64,000 nt of DNA. Source: a virus. The notes beneath the pieces are model-generated. The model was not told where the DNA came from and ran no database searches. It was given only the letters and a program-made list of their open reading frames with translations. The position numbers were made by a program, and so were the translations under genes. Shown here piece after piece: positions 20,401 to 29,156 of this stretch (its first letter is position 1; each line of letters begins with the position of its first letter). The stretch lies in IMG/VR virus record IMGVR_UViG_3300025150_000003, positions 96,001 through 160,000 of that record; one strand, written 5' to 3'.

Positions 20401-23400
20401 GAAGGGAGCCTTCCTCAGCCGGGGACGGGGCAGGATTCCAGGTGCCCTCCAGGTTGGTGAGAGAACCCTCCCGACTCACGAACTCCAAGGGACCGGCTGC
20501 CACATCGTTGGCTGTGGAGTACGCCCCGAGCCCCAACCAGACCTGCTTGACCCGGAGCTGCGTCTGGTAGACGTGGGTTGCTCCCACTCCATTGTCGTGC
20601 TCGAACCCACGAGGACGTGCCCCCGTGAAGTCGATGACCTCGTGGAACGTGAGACGATCCGAGTCGATGTAGGCCGAGTCGCTGAACCCTGGCGTGCTGG
20701 TATCCACATCCAGAGAAAACTCCCAACCGTACCTGCTGATCTTCCGGTCATTCGGGCCAGCGGGATCCAGGTGGTCGTGAGGCAGGAACCATTGAACCTC
20801 CGTCCCCACAGTGGGCGTGAACGGAATCTGGCCCGACCAACCAGTCAGAATGATGTGGCGGTTCTCGGCTACAGTTGCAGGAGCGGGCTCCCCACCCACC
20901 GCGTCGAACCCACCAAAGGTCACACCCGCATGAACAACCCAACCGGTGTCATTGCCCTGATAATCCGTGACCCGTGCGAATCCAGACCGAATCCAGATGG
21001 TGAGGAAAACCCGGCCGTCCTTCATGTCCGCGACGGAAACCGCTCCGGCGGGACCGTTCAACACGGTGTCGTCGGGACGGGAGATCAAGTTGACCTTGAC
21101 GATGTTGTCGGCCGAGGCCGCTAGGATGGTGTTGAGGTTGCCCGTGTTGATGGCATTCCCGTCGTTCAGACCAAGACCAAGACCGATAGCCATATCTTGG
21201 AACGAGATGACCGTGGTGGCCCCCGCGATGTCGTCGAACAACCGCACCCCCAGAGGATTGGTAACCTGGGGGTTCACCGGGTAGTTACCCGGCGTCGTAT
21301 GGACGTAATAGTTGTCGAGAACGTACTGCACCGGTGAGCCCTGACTCACCTGAGTCGCGAACCGTGGAGGCTCGATCCAGGACCAGTCGTCTCCGCCCAC
21401 GTTCGCATTGGTCAACCGACCCACCGAAAGGATCCCCTGCCATCCCAGAGGAGCACCCGGGTCTACCTGCACCAGCAGTAGATCCCCTTCCTGCCCCGGA
21501 GCAACGCCATAGGTCGCCGCCGGATCCGTCTTGGTCTGGGTCATCAGGGTCGCAGGCTCCTGATAGAATCCCCCGAGTGCAACAGCCGCAGCCAGAACCT
21601 CACCATCAGTGAATAGGATCTCGTCCGGGTAATAGCCGCCAGCAACAGGATCCGCTGCCATCAGTGGACCCAGGACGTTGGTGATTTCGTCAAACCGGTC
21701 CAACTCAGTGTTCGTCCCGTCCATGTACGGGATCTGAAGGTCCCCAGCATCATCGAAAGGCTGCCCGAGCAACGCCGGGGTATTGAGCGGGAGCTGGTCG
21801 ATGTTGGCGAAGTCCACCGAGCCTTCCAGATGGCTCATCGGAATAGGAGACTTCTGGCCCGTGATCTCCTTGATGGGGAACAGGAAAGGATCCGCCCAGG
21901 AAGGCAAAGATAGGTCGATGACCCGACCGCTCGTGTCCACGGTGATGTCCACCCCCTGCCGGAGTGTGGGCATCATCAAGGCTGCCTGCTGCATCACCTC
22001 CATCGTCGGGGACTGTGTTGTCGGATCCGAGATGGGGTTCGCGGCGTCAGGAGGCAGGACGTAGATGGTGTCGGCCCGCTCGATGGGGAACAGATGTGCT
22101 GGTGTACCAGTGTTCGCCGTAGTCCCTACCAACAGGTCGTTGGGGTTGGTGATGGCAACACCGAGCCGATTCTTGAACGTCAGTACACACCCGTGCAGCA
22201 CCTCATCCACGAGCACACTGGTGTAGAGTTTGAGCCCGAAAAGGCTGTACTCCTCAGGGAACAACGCCGCGAGGAACTGACCATCCGGCTTGCCCCAGCC
22301 GATCTTCTGACCGGACTCGAATCCGGGCAGGGCCATCTGAGGGTCACCAGCCTCAGCATCCGGGATGTCCCCAGCAACGTCCTGGGACATGAAACGACTC
22401 ACATCCGGGTATCCCGTTGCGGGGTCCGCCGGAAGCTCCGACAGGGGCACCATCGAAACGACACAGCAGGGTTGTGTGACCGCCGGGGAACCTGAGAACA
22501 GGGCATCAGCAAGAAGTCCGTCCGGGTAGTAGCCGAAGACCCGAGTGCGGGGAAGACGTAGCCGGATGAGACTCTCGGAGACGTTCGTGATGTCGCCGAG
22601 GACCGGGTTAGCCACCTGGCCGATCTGAGTCCCGTATGTGCTCTCCTTCTCTCCAGTCTCAGGGTTGATGGTGCCCCACGAGTAAACACCCACGTCCCCA
22701 ACCGTCAGGTCAGCCCCGATGCCCGGCAACAGGGTGAACAGCACCCGAGCGGACGTGGGGAACAACCTGGAGTACCTGTGAGCCCCACCCATCCGGTCAA
22801 ACACCCCCTTCGACTCCAAGGTGAAGTAGGGAGTGGAGTTGGTTGGGATGAGCTTCGGCTTGGAAGCTCCCAACAGCAGGATGTCATCCACGTCGTTACG
22901 GACCAACAACTTCTGGTGGTCCATCATCTTGCGGAGACGTGACACCCCGAGAGGAGCCCCAGCCAATCGGAAATCGGAGATGGTGGCCACCTCTGGTTTC
23001 ACCAAGGGGTCCGCCTCAAGGAACGTGATGTCCCGCGTGGGATCACCCTCGTTGAAGACCAGGTCCCAGACGTTCGAGGGGTTCAGCAGGCCCGTGATGG
23101 CATCTTCATAGCCTGGTGGGGTGTAGTCCTGCCCCCGACCAATCCAGAACCTGAACTTCCCATCCCGGTCACCGATGAACTTGCCGTCGATGCACTCCAG
23201 CACCTGCTCGAACGCCACTACGGAGTCGTTGTAGAACCCCAACAGTGCCCTGGCTGCCCGGTCCTTGTCGAGGAGGTCCCGACGTTCCGAGGGGATACCG
23301 AGGTTGCCCTTGTCCCAGTTGTCGTCACCCGCAGGGACCGTCAACCGGGGACCTCCCGAGGACTGGCCCTGCTTCATCTCTCGGACAGCCTGTGTAACGG

Positions 23401-26400
23401 CCTCGCCGAGGTAACTGCGCAGGGGAAGAGCCCGGTAGTAAAGGGAATCGGGACTACTGAACGTGTAGGTCGCGGTGAGAGTCCCACCCAGGTAGCCATT
23501 GCTAGCACTCGGGAGGACATTGTGCTTGTACTTGGCGAACCATCGGGGGAACTGCACCGAACCACCCGAGAAGAAGGGCTCCATCACCCGGATCTTCGTG
23601 TGGGAGAGCAGGAGCTTCTGACCCGATCCGAGCGGAGCCTGCAAAGGCTCTGTCAGGAGCACCACTCCAGTCTCAGGGTCGATCTGGAACTCAGTCCCCT
23701 CGGCCAACGTCCGGCCGGGTTGCTCCACCCCACGGGACACCTCACCGAAGAGAACCAATTCGACACCCTCGGCAGCCACATAGGGACCGATGCCTACAAT
23801 CTGTCGGGTGTCCGGCGGGTACACCGGCCGATAGGAGAGCCGCACCGTCGTGCCCTGAGAGGTCACAGCCACACGGAAAGGGGACGTAAACGTGATCTTC
23901 GTCCTGGTGCCATCCTCGCTCAGCGTCGCCTCGGCGATGGTGAATGGCATCCCGCCAATCTCCATGATGTGGCCAGGCACCGCGAAAGTCGAGAGGTCTC
24001 CGAGGAACGTGATGCTGCTCTGCTTGGCGTTGACGGGCTCGAACGGGAAGGCCGTTGTGGGCACCTCCTGCATGAACCCAGCAGGGGCCGTTGTAGCAAT
24101 GGGGGCAAGACCATCAGGGTCAAGCACCGGCGTGATCGGACTCGATGTCACCAGGGTAAGCACGTCGTTACCAGGCGACCGGGAGCCCACCTCGCTGGAG
24201 GTGGGGGGATAGATGTCCACCCGAGTGGTGTCAGGGTCTGGGAAGTAGGTCAAGGCTGTGAGGTAGAAGCACTCAGCCCCAATGCGGAGCATCTGGCCAA
24301 CCTCGAAGTCCGCGAGGCGGTTCCCTCGAAGCCCGAAGTTGTCCCGGCCCGCTGGGATGTAGAACGGTGGCCGGTAGACCGGGCTCTGAGAAGTCGTGTA
24401 CGCCCTCTCCCCACCCAGAGCATCGAACACCGAGTAGGTCGCCACCGGAGTAGCCCAAGCGGGAAGATCTCGGTTGAAAGTCAGCCGCATCCCCAGCAGG
24501 TTCCCAGGCTGATCCGTGGTGAAGTCCTCCACACCAAAGTTCTGCTGCTTCGGACCAACGAAAACCAAGGGCTCCACACGGGTGTCGATGACGTGCTCAC
24601 CAAGGGGGTCAATCTGGAACTCGTGGTCGGTCAGCCGGGTTGTGGTCTCACGCCGAGCGAACACCGGGAGGAACTCGATGATGGTGTCATCCACCCCACC
24701 GACTCGCCGACCTTCCACTGTGGCCAGCCAGTATTCCATCTCGACCAGGCAGCCCTTGGTCAAGGGCTTGCGGAAGCTCACCGCCCCCACCATCGGGGAC
24801 ACCGACACATCGGATCCAGGCACCATCTGCTCGACGAAGTAAAGCTGCTTCCCCGCATGTGTAACGGCATCCGCTGCCGAAATGCGGACATGGCCCGTCT
24901 TCGGATCATACTCGGCATCCCCTGCCAGCAGATTCGCTGCATCACGCAGCTCTTCCACATAGAGAACATCGCTCGAAGCCAGATCCGTGAGCAGGGTGGA
25001 GTTGAACTTCAGCTCCCCCTTGGGATGTAGGAATCCATCCCCATCCATCCAGTCAGCCGTCAGGTACTCCACCCCCACAGGGTCAACCGTGAACGCCGCC
25101 ACTGCCAGTGGCGAGAACATCTCCGTGCCCACCCAGAGGGAAAAAACTCCCTCGCTCACATGCACTGTGTAAGGCAGAAACAGGGTGTCGTTGGCTACGT
25201 CCCCCATGGATCTGAGCCCGATCGGGTAGAGCGCCGCTGTGACCCCCGTCCCCGAATGCACGGCACCAAACCGCAAACTCACCGAGCGACCACTCGCGTT
25301 GGCGTCCTCGACACCAGCCGTGTAGTCCTGGCCCGCGACTACCCCAATCGGGGACAGGACACGGATCTGGAAAGGCTCATCAGGAAGGTGGTTGAACGGC
25401 TTGTAAACCTGGTCGGCTACGACGGCTGGGTCATAAACACTGTCTGGATAACCCGAGAATGCCTCCCACGGAGTGGCCCGGTCAGGATCCGCGATGAACG
25501 GGGGTGTGACCTCACAGTGGGTGTTGTCCGTCACCGACGTGATGACATAGGAACCCTGTGCAGGACCCGAGGAGAGCTTAATACGGTCCCCGGCCTTGAG
25601 GGTGATGAGGAACAGCCCCTGAGCGTCCGTGAAAGTCGTGCCACCGTTCTGGTAGGACCCCTGCCCGCCAGAAGCTACGGAGGCCCCGTAGCGGGTGGTG
25701 AGCTGAATCGTGCCCGAGAGGCCTTGATCCGGGAGGAGGTAGTCCACCCCCTGCTGCTGGACCACGAACCGTCCCCCATCCTCTGCCGCCAAGAACGCCC
25801 CATTGATGCCTGGAGCGTTCAACAGCGTTGCAGGGACCACACTGGGATTCCCAAGGTTGATGGTCGTGGTGCGCTGTGTCACAGCGTTGGACGACAGAGA
25901 CTCCCCCAACCAGGCGAACTTGCCCTCAGGGAACCGGTGCTCGATCTCCTCGTAGTGACCCAACCGCTTGTCGATGATGCGCAGTTCATCGCCCTGGGAA
26001 GCCACGGTCTGAAGGTTGAAAAACACTCCCTCATCGTAGCCCGCGATGTCCTCCACCGGGGCGAAGTCGAGGAAGGTGAAAGGTGACTGCTGAACGGATT
26101 CCGCGAGGACCACGTCCTCCAAACGGTACTGCGCGATGTAGTCTGCGTCCGGCTTGCTGCGGTCCAGGTTCAACAGGCTGCGAGAGAGCCCCACCGAGAT
26201 GCCAGCATCGGACAACCAGTTGGGCTTGCCAGCCTCCGCCACCCAACCCGGCAAGAATCCCAGAGCTGCGGTGCCCGTCAGGTCCTTGGGGTCACCCCAA
26301 CCGATCTCCACCAGGCCACTGTCGGGGTCCACCGCTTCCAGTACCACCCGGTCCCCGGAGGCCCGGCAAATGCCCGTACCAGCCTGGGCCACGATACGAG

Positions 26401-28564
26401 CCTGGATGGAGGTGGCCACCTCCCCAGCGTCGAAGAACTCATTGTCGGGGAGAACTGCCAGCAACAGGCTCGAAGGCCAGTCATGAGCAACCCCGTCGAT
26501 GGAGAAGTAGAGCACCTCGGTGCCATCGAACCTGAATACGAGACGGCTCTTGGAGGCGATGGACGCTTTCTCGGTGTACGTCGAAGGATTCAAGGATGCC
26601 TGGAGGAAGTAGACCACCTCACCGGCAAACCGCTTCCGTGAGTCCGAGCCGAGCTGCACAACCGAGTGTAGAACCCCACCCTTGAGCCCGATAGGGACAG
26701 GCTCACGCGAGATGTACCCTGTCCCCCCTGGGACTGAATGTGGATAGGTGGGCAGGTCACTGATGCGATCCACCACCACGACCTCGGTGACAGACCCACC
26801 CTTTGCGAACAGGATGAGGTCACCCACCCCGTCGGAAATCTGACGGATGAGGCCGAGAGACTGAGGAGCGATGCCACCCCCAATGGGAGGAAGGCTATCC
26901 CCACCAGGTCGAATGGGGTCATCTACCAAAGCGGGGTTCACACCTTCGGGATCCGGGATGGCTCCCGTCCCATCGGGCATGTGCAACACACCAGAAAGCC
27001 CCAGACCCCGGAACACCTCGTCGGAACCGGCCAGGTCTTCCGGCCACGGAAGAGCATCCGGCAGGTACATGGGCTCGACCGGATGCAACGTCATCGTGAT
27101 GCCATCCGATTGCACAAGGGGACGGGGTCCCTTGAGGGGTTGCGGAATAGCGTTGAGGGCGACCCCATCGTAGTAGATCCGTGCCCCGAGGAAGTGCTTG
27201 TTGAAAGCCCCCAAGTTCCCCGAGTCGGCCTTGGCCACATCGGCTGATGAGAGCTTCACCCGCCCCGTGGTCAGGGCAACAGCACAAGAACCCTCGGCCG
27301 GAGCCCGCAGAGCCAACTCGGCCTCGTCAATGACCAGCTCCACATCCAAGGGAGTCCGGTTATTGATGCGGATGAAAGGGTGATCCGTGGGGCCAGGCAC
27401 CGGGGAGATGAACAGGTCATCCTGAATGTCCCCCACGTAGCCATCGGCGTCAGCAGAGAACCCTCGGTAGACGTACCAGAGGTTCTTGCCCGCGTTCTTC
27501 TCGACGAAAGCAGGGTTGAACTGAAGAATCCCATTCGTCTGCCCCACGATCCCTGAGCGGCGGCTTGCTTCAAAAGGATAGGCGCTCTCCGCATCCACAT
27601 CGGAAACCACCACCACACCAGTGAACCCATCCGGGTCAGATGTGCCCACAGGGCTACTCAGGGCACCTGCTGAGGAGCCCAGACGGAGCATAGCGTAGCC
27701 GTCCAGCACCAAAGCACTGCCAGGCAGCACAGAGCCTACAGGGAGGTTGCTGAAGGGTGGGGAGAGCTTGTAGGTGGTGTCGAACAGAAGTGCACCCAGG
27801 TTCACTGGGCCTGACCCCTTGTAGGGCATCCACCGCTGGAAGGTGTTGTTCCAGCCGAACCGCGTCTCGTAGCGGTCATTCCTCGTCCACCAGAATTTCT
27901 GGGCGGCCAACGTGTACCGAACGGCCACGACTCGGTCACCACGGTCAGATGACAGGCTGCCATCGAACAACGTCGCCAGGTCGCTGGCTACCAATCCGGT
28001 ACTGGGTGCCTCGTAGACGTTGTAGTTGTTGAGGGTGACAACTCCGCCCGCCTGGCCAGCCACATCGGGCTTGACGACGTAATAGGGGTTGGAGCCTTGG
28101 CGTCCCAGGTCAGGATCCTGTGTGTCCACCCAACCGCCATCACTGTGAGCCACGTCCCCCCGAGCAATCACCAGGTGGGTGATGAGCCCCACCCGGCGAC
28201 CACCATCGTCCGTCACAATGACCTTGAGTGTACCGTCGCTGAACGTCCCCACCGCCAGACTGCCCACAGGCAGGCGGCCTGTGCCTTCCTCGGACCACCA
28301 AGATGAGTCATCGATCAGGGCGAGATGAGAGGAGAACGCCGCCCACACCAGGTACTCATGTGGAGAGGTGCCAGGTGCTTGAAGCACCGCAGCCCGATAC
28401 TGGTCCCCCGCGTAGTCCGCAATGACCGGCTGAGCCGCAGTGCGAGTCCCAGGGGGGATACGCACATCCCGCACGACACCGTTGGTGGGGTCACCGGATG
28501 TGGCAGAGTTCCCAGGGGCGACCCGAGGAGCACGAAGAACATGGCCTGTGAAGTCAAAACCCAT
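17420..28564 (-). CDS. Giant virion structural protein (3714 aa), probable baseplate/fibre scaffold
   Basis: Uninterrupted 11.1-kb ORF, rich in beta-strand-like sequence, lying between the spike and wedge genes; shares a module with the sheath. Confidence 0.8.
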   Translation of the reverse strand: MGFDFTGHVLRAPRVAPGNSATSGDPTNGVVRDVRIPPGTRTAAQPVIADYAGDQYRAAVLQAPGTSPHEYLVWAAFSSHLALIDDSSWWSEEGTGRLPVGSLAVGTFSDGTLKVIVTDDGGRRVGLITHLVIARGDVAHSDGGWVDTQDPDLGRQGSNPYYVVKPDVAGQAGGVVTLNNYNVYEAPSTGLVASDLATLFDGSLSSDRGDRVVAVRYTLAAQKFWWTRNDRYETRFGWNNTFQRWMPYKGSGPVNLGALLFDTTYKLSPPFSNLPVGSVLPGSALVLDGYAMLRLGSSAGALSSPVGTSDPDGFTGVVVVSDVDAESAYPFEASRRSGIVGQTNGILQFNPAFVEKNAGKNLWYVYRGFSADADGYVGDIQDDLFISPVPGPTDHPFIRINNRTPLDVELVIDEAELALRAPAEGSCAVALTTGRVKLSSADVAKADSGNLGAFNKHFLGARIYYDGVALNAIPQPLKGPRPLVQSDGITMTLHPVEPMYLPDALPWPEDLAGSDEVFRGLGLSGVLHMPDGTGAIPDPEGVNPALVDDPIRPGGDSLPPIGGGIAPQSLGLIRQISDGVGDLILFAKGGSVTEVVVVDRISDLPTYPHSVPGGTGYISREPVPIGLKGGVLHSVVQLGSDSRKRFAGEVVYFLQASLNPSTYTEKASIASKSRLVFRFDGTEVLYFSIDGVAHDWPSSLLLAVLPDNEFFDAGEVATSIQARIVAQAGTGICRASGDRVVLEAVDPDSGLVEIGWGDPKDLTGTAALGFLPGWVAEAGKPNWLSDAGISVGLSRSLLNLDRSKPDADYIAQYRLEDVVLAESVQQSPFTFLDFAPVEDIAGYDEGVFFNLQTVASQGDELRIIDKRLGHYEEIEHRFPEGKFAWLGESLSSNAVTQRTTTINLGNPSVVPATLLNAPGINGAFLAAEDGGRFVVQQQGVDYLLPDQGLSGTIQLTTRYGASVASGGQGSYQNGGTTFTDAQGLFLITLKAGDRIKLSSGPAQGSYVITSVTDNTHCEVTPPFIADPDRATPWEAFSGYPDSVYDPAVVADQVYKPFNHLPDEPFQIRVLSPIGVVAGQDYTAGVEDANASGRSVSLRFGAVHSGTGVTAALYPIGLRSMGDVANDTLFLPYTVHVSEGVFSLWVGTEMFSPLAVAAFTVDPVGVEYLTADWMDGDGFLHPKGELKFNSTLLTDLASSDVLYVEELRDAANLLAGDAEYDPKTGHVRISAADAVTHAGKQLYFVEQMVPGSDVSVSPMVGAVSFRKPLTKGCLVEMEYWLATVEGRRVGGVDDTIIEFLPVFARRETTTRLTDHEFQIDPLGEHVIDTRVEPLVFVGPKQQNFGVEDFTTDQPGNLLGMRLTFNRDLPAWATPVATYSVFDALGGERAYTTSQSPVYRPPFYIPAGRDNFGLRGNRLADFEVGQMLRIGAECFYLTALTYFPDPDTTRVDIYPPTSSEVGSRSPGNDVLTLVTSSPITPVLDPDGLAPIATTAPAGFMQEVPTTAFPFEPVNAKQSSITFLGDLSTFAVPGHIMEIGGMPFTIAEATLSEDGTRTKITFTSPFRVAVTSQGTTVRLSYRPVYPPDTRQIVGIGPYVAAEGVELVLFGEVSRGVEQPGRTLAEGTEFQIDPETGVVLLTEPLQAPLGSGQKLLLSHTKIRVMEPFFSGGSVQFPRWFAKYKHNVLPSASNGYLGGTLTATYTFSSPDSLYYRALPLRSYLGEAVTQAVREMKQGQSSGGPRLTVPAGDDNWDKGNLGIPSERRDLLDKDRAARALLGFYNDSVVAFEQVLECIDGKFIGDRDGKFRFWIGRGQDYTPPGYEDAITGLLNPSNVWDLVFNEGDPTRDITFLEADPLVKPEVATISDFRLAGAPLGVSRLRKMMDHQKLLVRNDVDDILLLGASKPKLIPTNSTPYFTLESKGVFDRMGGAHRYSRLFPTSARVLFTLLPGIGADLTVGDVGVYSWGTINPETGEKESTYGTQIGQVANPVLGDITNVSESLIRLRLPRTRVFGYYPDGLLADALFSGSPAVTQPCCVVSMVPLSELPADPATGYPDVSRFMSQDVAGDIPDAEAGDPQMALPGFESGQKIGWGKPDGQFLAALFPEEYSLFGLKLYTSVLVDEVLHGCVLTFKNRLGVAITNPNDLLVGTTANTGTPAHLFPIERADTIYVLPPDAANPISDPTTQSPTMEVMQQAALMMPTLRQGVDITVDTSGRVIDLSLPSWADPFLFPIKEITGQKSPIPMSHLEGSVDFANIDQLPLNTPALLGQPFDDAGDLQIPYMDGTNTELDRFDEITNVLGPLMAADPVAGGYYPDEILFTDGEVLAAAVALGGFYQEPATLMTQTKTDPAATYGVAPGQEGDLLLVQVDPGAPLGWQGILSVGRLTNANVGGDDWSWIEPPRFATQVSQGSPVQYVLDNYYVHTTPGNYPVNPQVTNPLGVRLFDDIAGATTVISFQDMAIGLGLGLNDGNAINTGNLNTILAASADNIVKVNLISRPDDTVLNGPAGAVSVADMKDGRVFLTIWIRSGFARVTDYQGNDTGWVVHAGVTFGGFDAVGGEPAPATVAENRHIILTGWSGQIPFTPTVGTEVQWFLPHDHLDPAGPNDRKISRYGWEFSLDVDTSTPGFSDSAYIDSDRLTFHEVIDFTGARPRGFEHDNGVGATHVYQTQLRVKQVWLGLGAYSTANDVAAGPLEFVSREGSLTNLEGTWNPAPSPAEEGSLRVMAFEFLNTPITGSNITAALVASQSLDTDGVPILVGNGIAEGNQIHTVVPVALSGDVGRVVKGDLVYIDRSGSALPSSATEKAGTYIVRYAVEPTVGPNLYKPVAGATLKSGGGFITSLFPRVVSFDFDPFVLRLELDSTTILPASGKVYVQLGDLNTTVAAEYKAALFSVEYTAKDVSGLSLVGGSFKWADDSAVVDPVVDLVADLVGLQIGWHDNSGGGTGIQQIPIQIRGNSLPDDSSVVGYNAGAAYGVNTLTFSRYGSVALTFGALEIVRGLAPAAGEAAVAKSPVYGSEVFDPTGEEIVYEDVPYLLSLNLDNIQATTLNDPNTLSGGAGVACLLPGSLAVTDFWAKGGVFVEPSTPRVTLNLDPASDPKVVDASRSLTAGTIGMRNPTAAEDVHFEVRRCRRWHGQQNGVNDAFHPLQYAYEIRRGVVTDFSRNEQQVGTLTALNFEMNWNVGTPFPRVPDVWSDNDGVLYQGTNLGPFTSEDVNIHPGDILRLLDDAGVVLEEAVVSEVVSDAVLKLRAPGFATLTQASVIGRRFEVWLRQAPVPHEQSNEQLLDLITDQVIHETVADQSDVDPSNWVGGYVPEVAAPGDWTSIANLLYDDSASPPDFVALGVRAGDIVIIDPMGLIPVVDERGSRPFGDTSVPGRTAGVNPSPHVVGQVSSLDDNRGFYRVQSVEATNLTLDPVHSFAGTLGADVLMATTQTDLMYAIYPTVGLSELSDPAPNTGEGQNDLRPTRKATEISPGVWSYTDSLDTVLDKHSLRPFSYRIIRPNAMFSAEIVDAVLMMRERMLSLIEMFRSVMKGTKGGYYWDWQDQEHVLDLGAPFDPDSGSGLFPNRLVTTLVGEADYSPFINTSDCLSLLDRRFWILDRRLDTLKPDATNPFGMTEFTALDPSFPDVGGPYTAYTDQVTGGSEVRPVLPDELGLILDVRDRLRAIRYTWLAYRTHRYIGTLARVQAFDEALPARLEDRQRTLLLEQTAEGVTG

Positions 28565-28565
28565 A

Positions 28566-29156
28566 CTAGACCATCACCGACGTGGACGCCCCGGAGGCGG
28601 GAGCAATACTTGGAGAACCTACCACAGTACCCGTCCCAGTCGCCGTCAGCAGCAAGCTGGCGATGCCGGTAGACAGACCCTTGGCAAGCTGCGGGGAGGC
28701 AGCCCCTGACCCCAGGAGACCCTGAAGCGTGGGGAGAAGAAGGAGCAGGAGTCCCGTGGCATCAGCTCGTGTCACCTTGGACACGTCCTGTCCCACTCCG
28801 ACCCCGGTCACCCCCCCAGCATAGTTGGCCCAGCTTGAGATGGTCTTGGGGACTGCCAACCCGATGACCGTCCCCAGAGCCACCCCCAAAGGACCCACCA
28901 TCCCTGCCGAGGAGAGCCCCGCAATAACCAGAGGTGGGTTGGGCAGCAAGAACATCCGTGTGCTTGGTACGGCCAGGGCTCCTGCTCCAGCCGTACCCAC
29001 GGCGAGCCCTTGGAGCATCACCGAAGGACCCCAAGTTGCCAGAGCCGACGCCACCGCCCATGCCAACTGGTCAAACGAGAAGCCCCCAAACGGGAAAGAG
29101 GTGGCTGCTCGAAAAGAAGCCAGGTCGTTGTAGTAGATCTGGGGCGTCAGGGCCAT
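28566..29156 (-). CDS. Gly/Ala-rich hypothetical protein downstream of the spike (196 aa)
   Basis: Start moved from the track's 29195 to ATG at 29156 (MALTPQ), which overlaps the spike stop codon (TGATG). Confidence 0.7.
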   Translation of the reverse strand: MALTPQIYYNDLASFRAATSFPFGGFSFDQLAWAVASALATWGPSVMLQGLAVGTAGAGALAVPSTRMFLLPNPPLVIAGLSSAGMVGPLGVALGTVIGLAVPKTISSWANYAGGVTGVGVGQDVSKVTRADATGLLLLLLPTLQGLLGSGAASPQLAKGLSTGIASLLLTATGTGTVVGSPSIAPASGASTSVMV

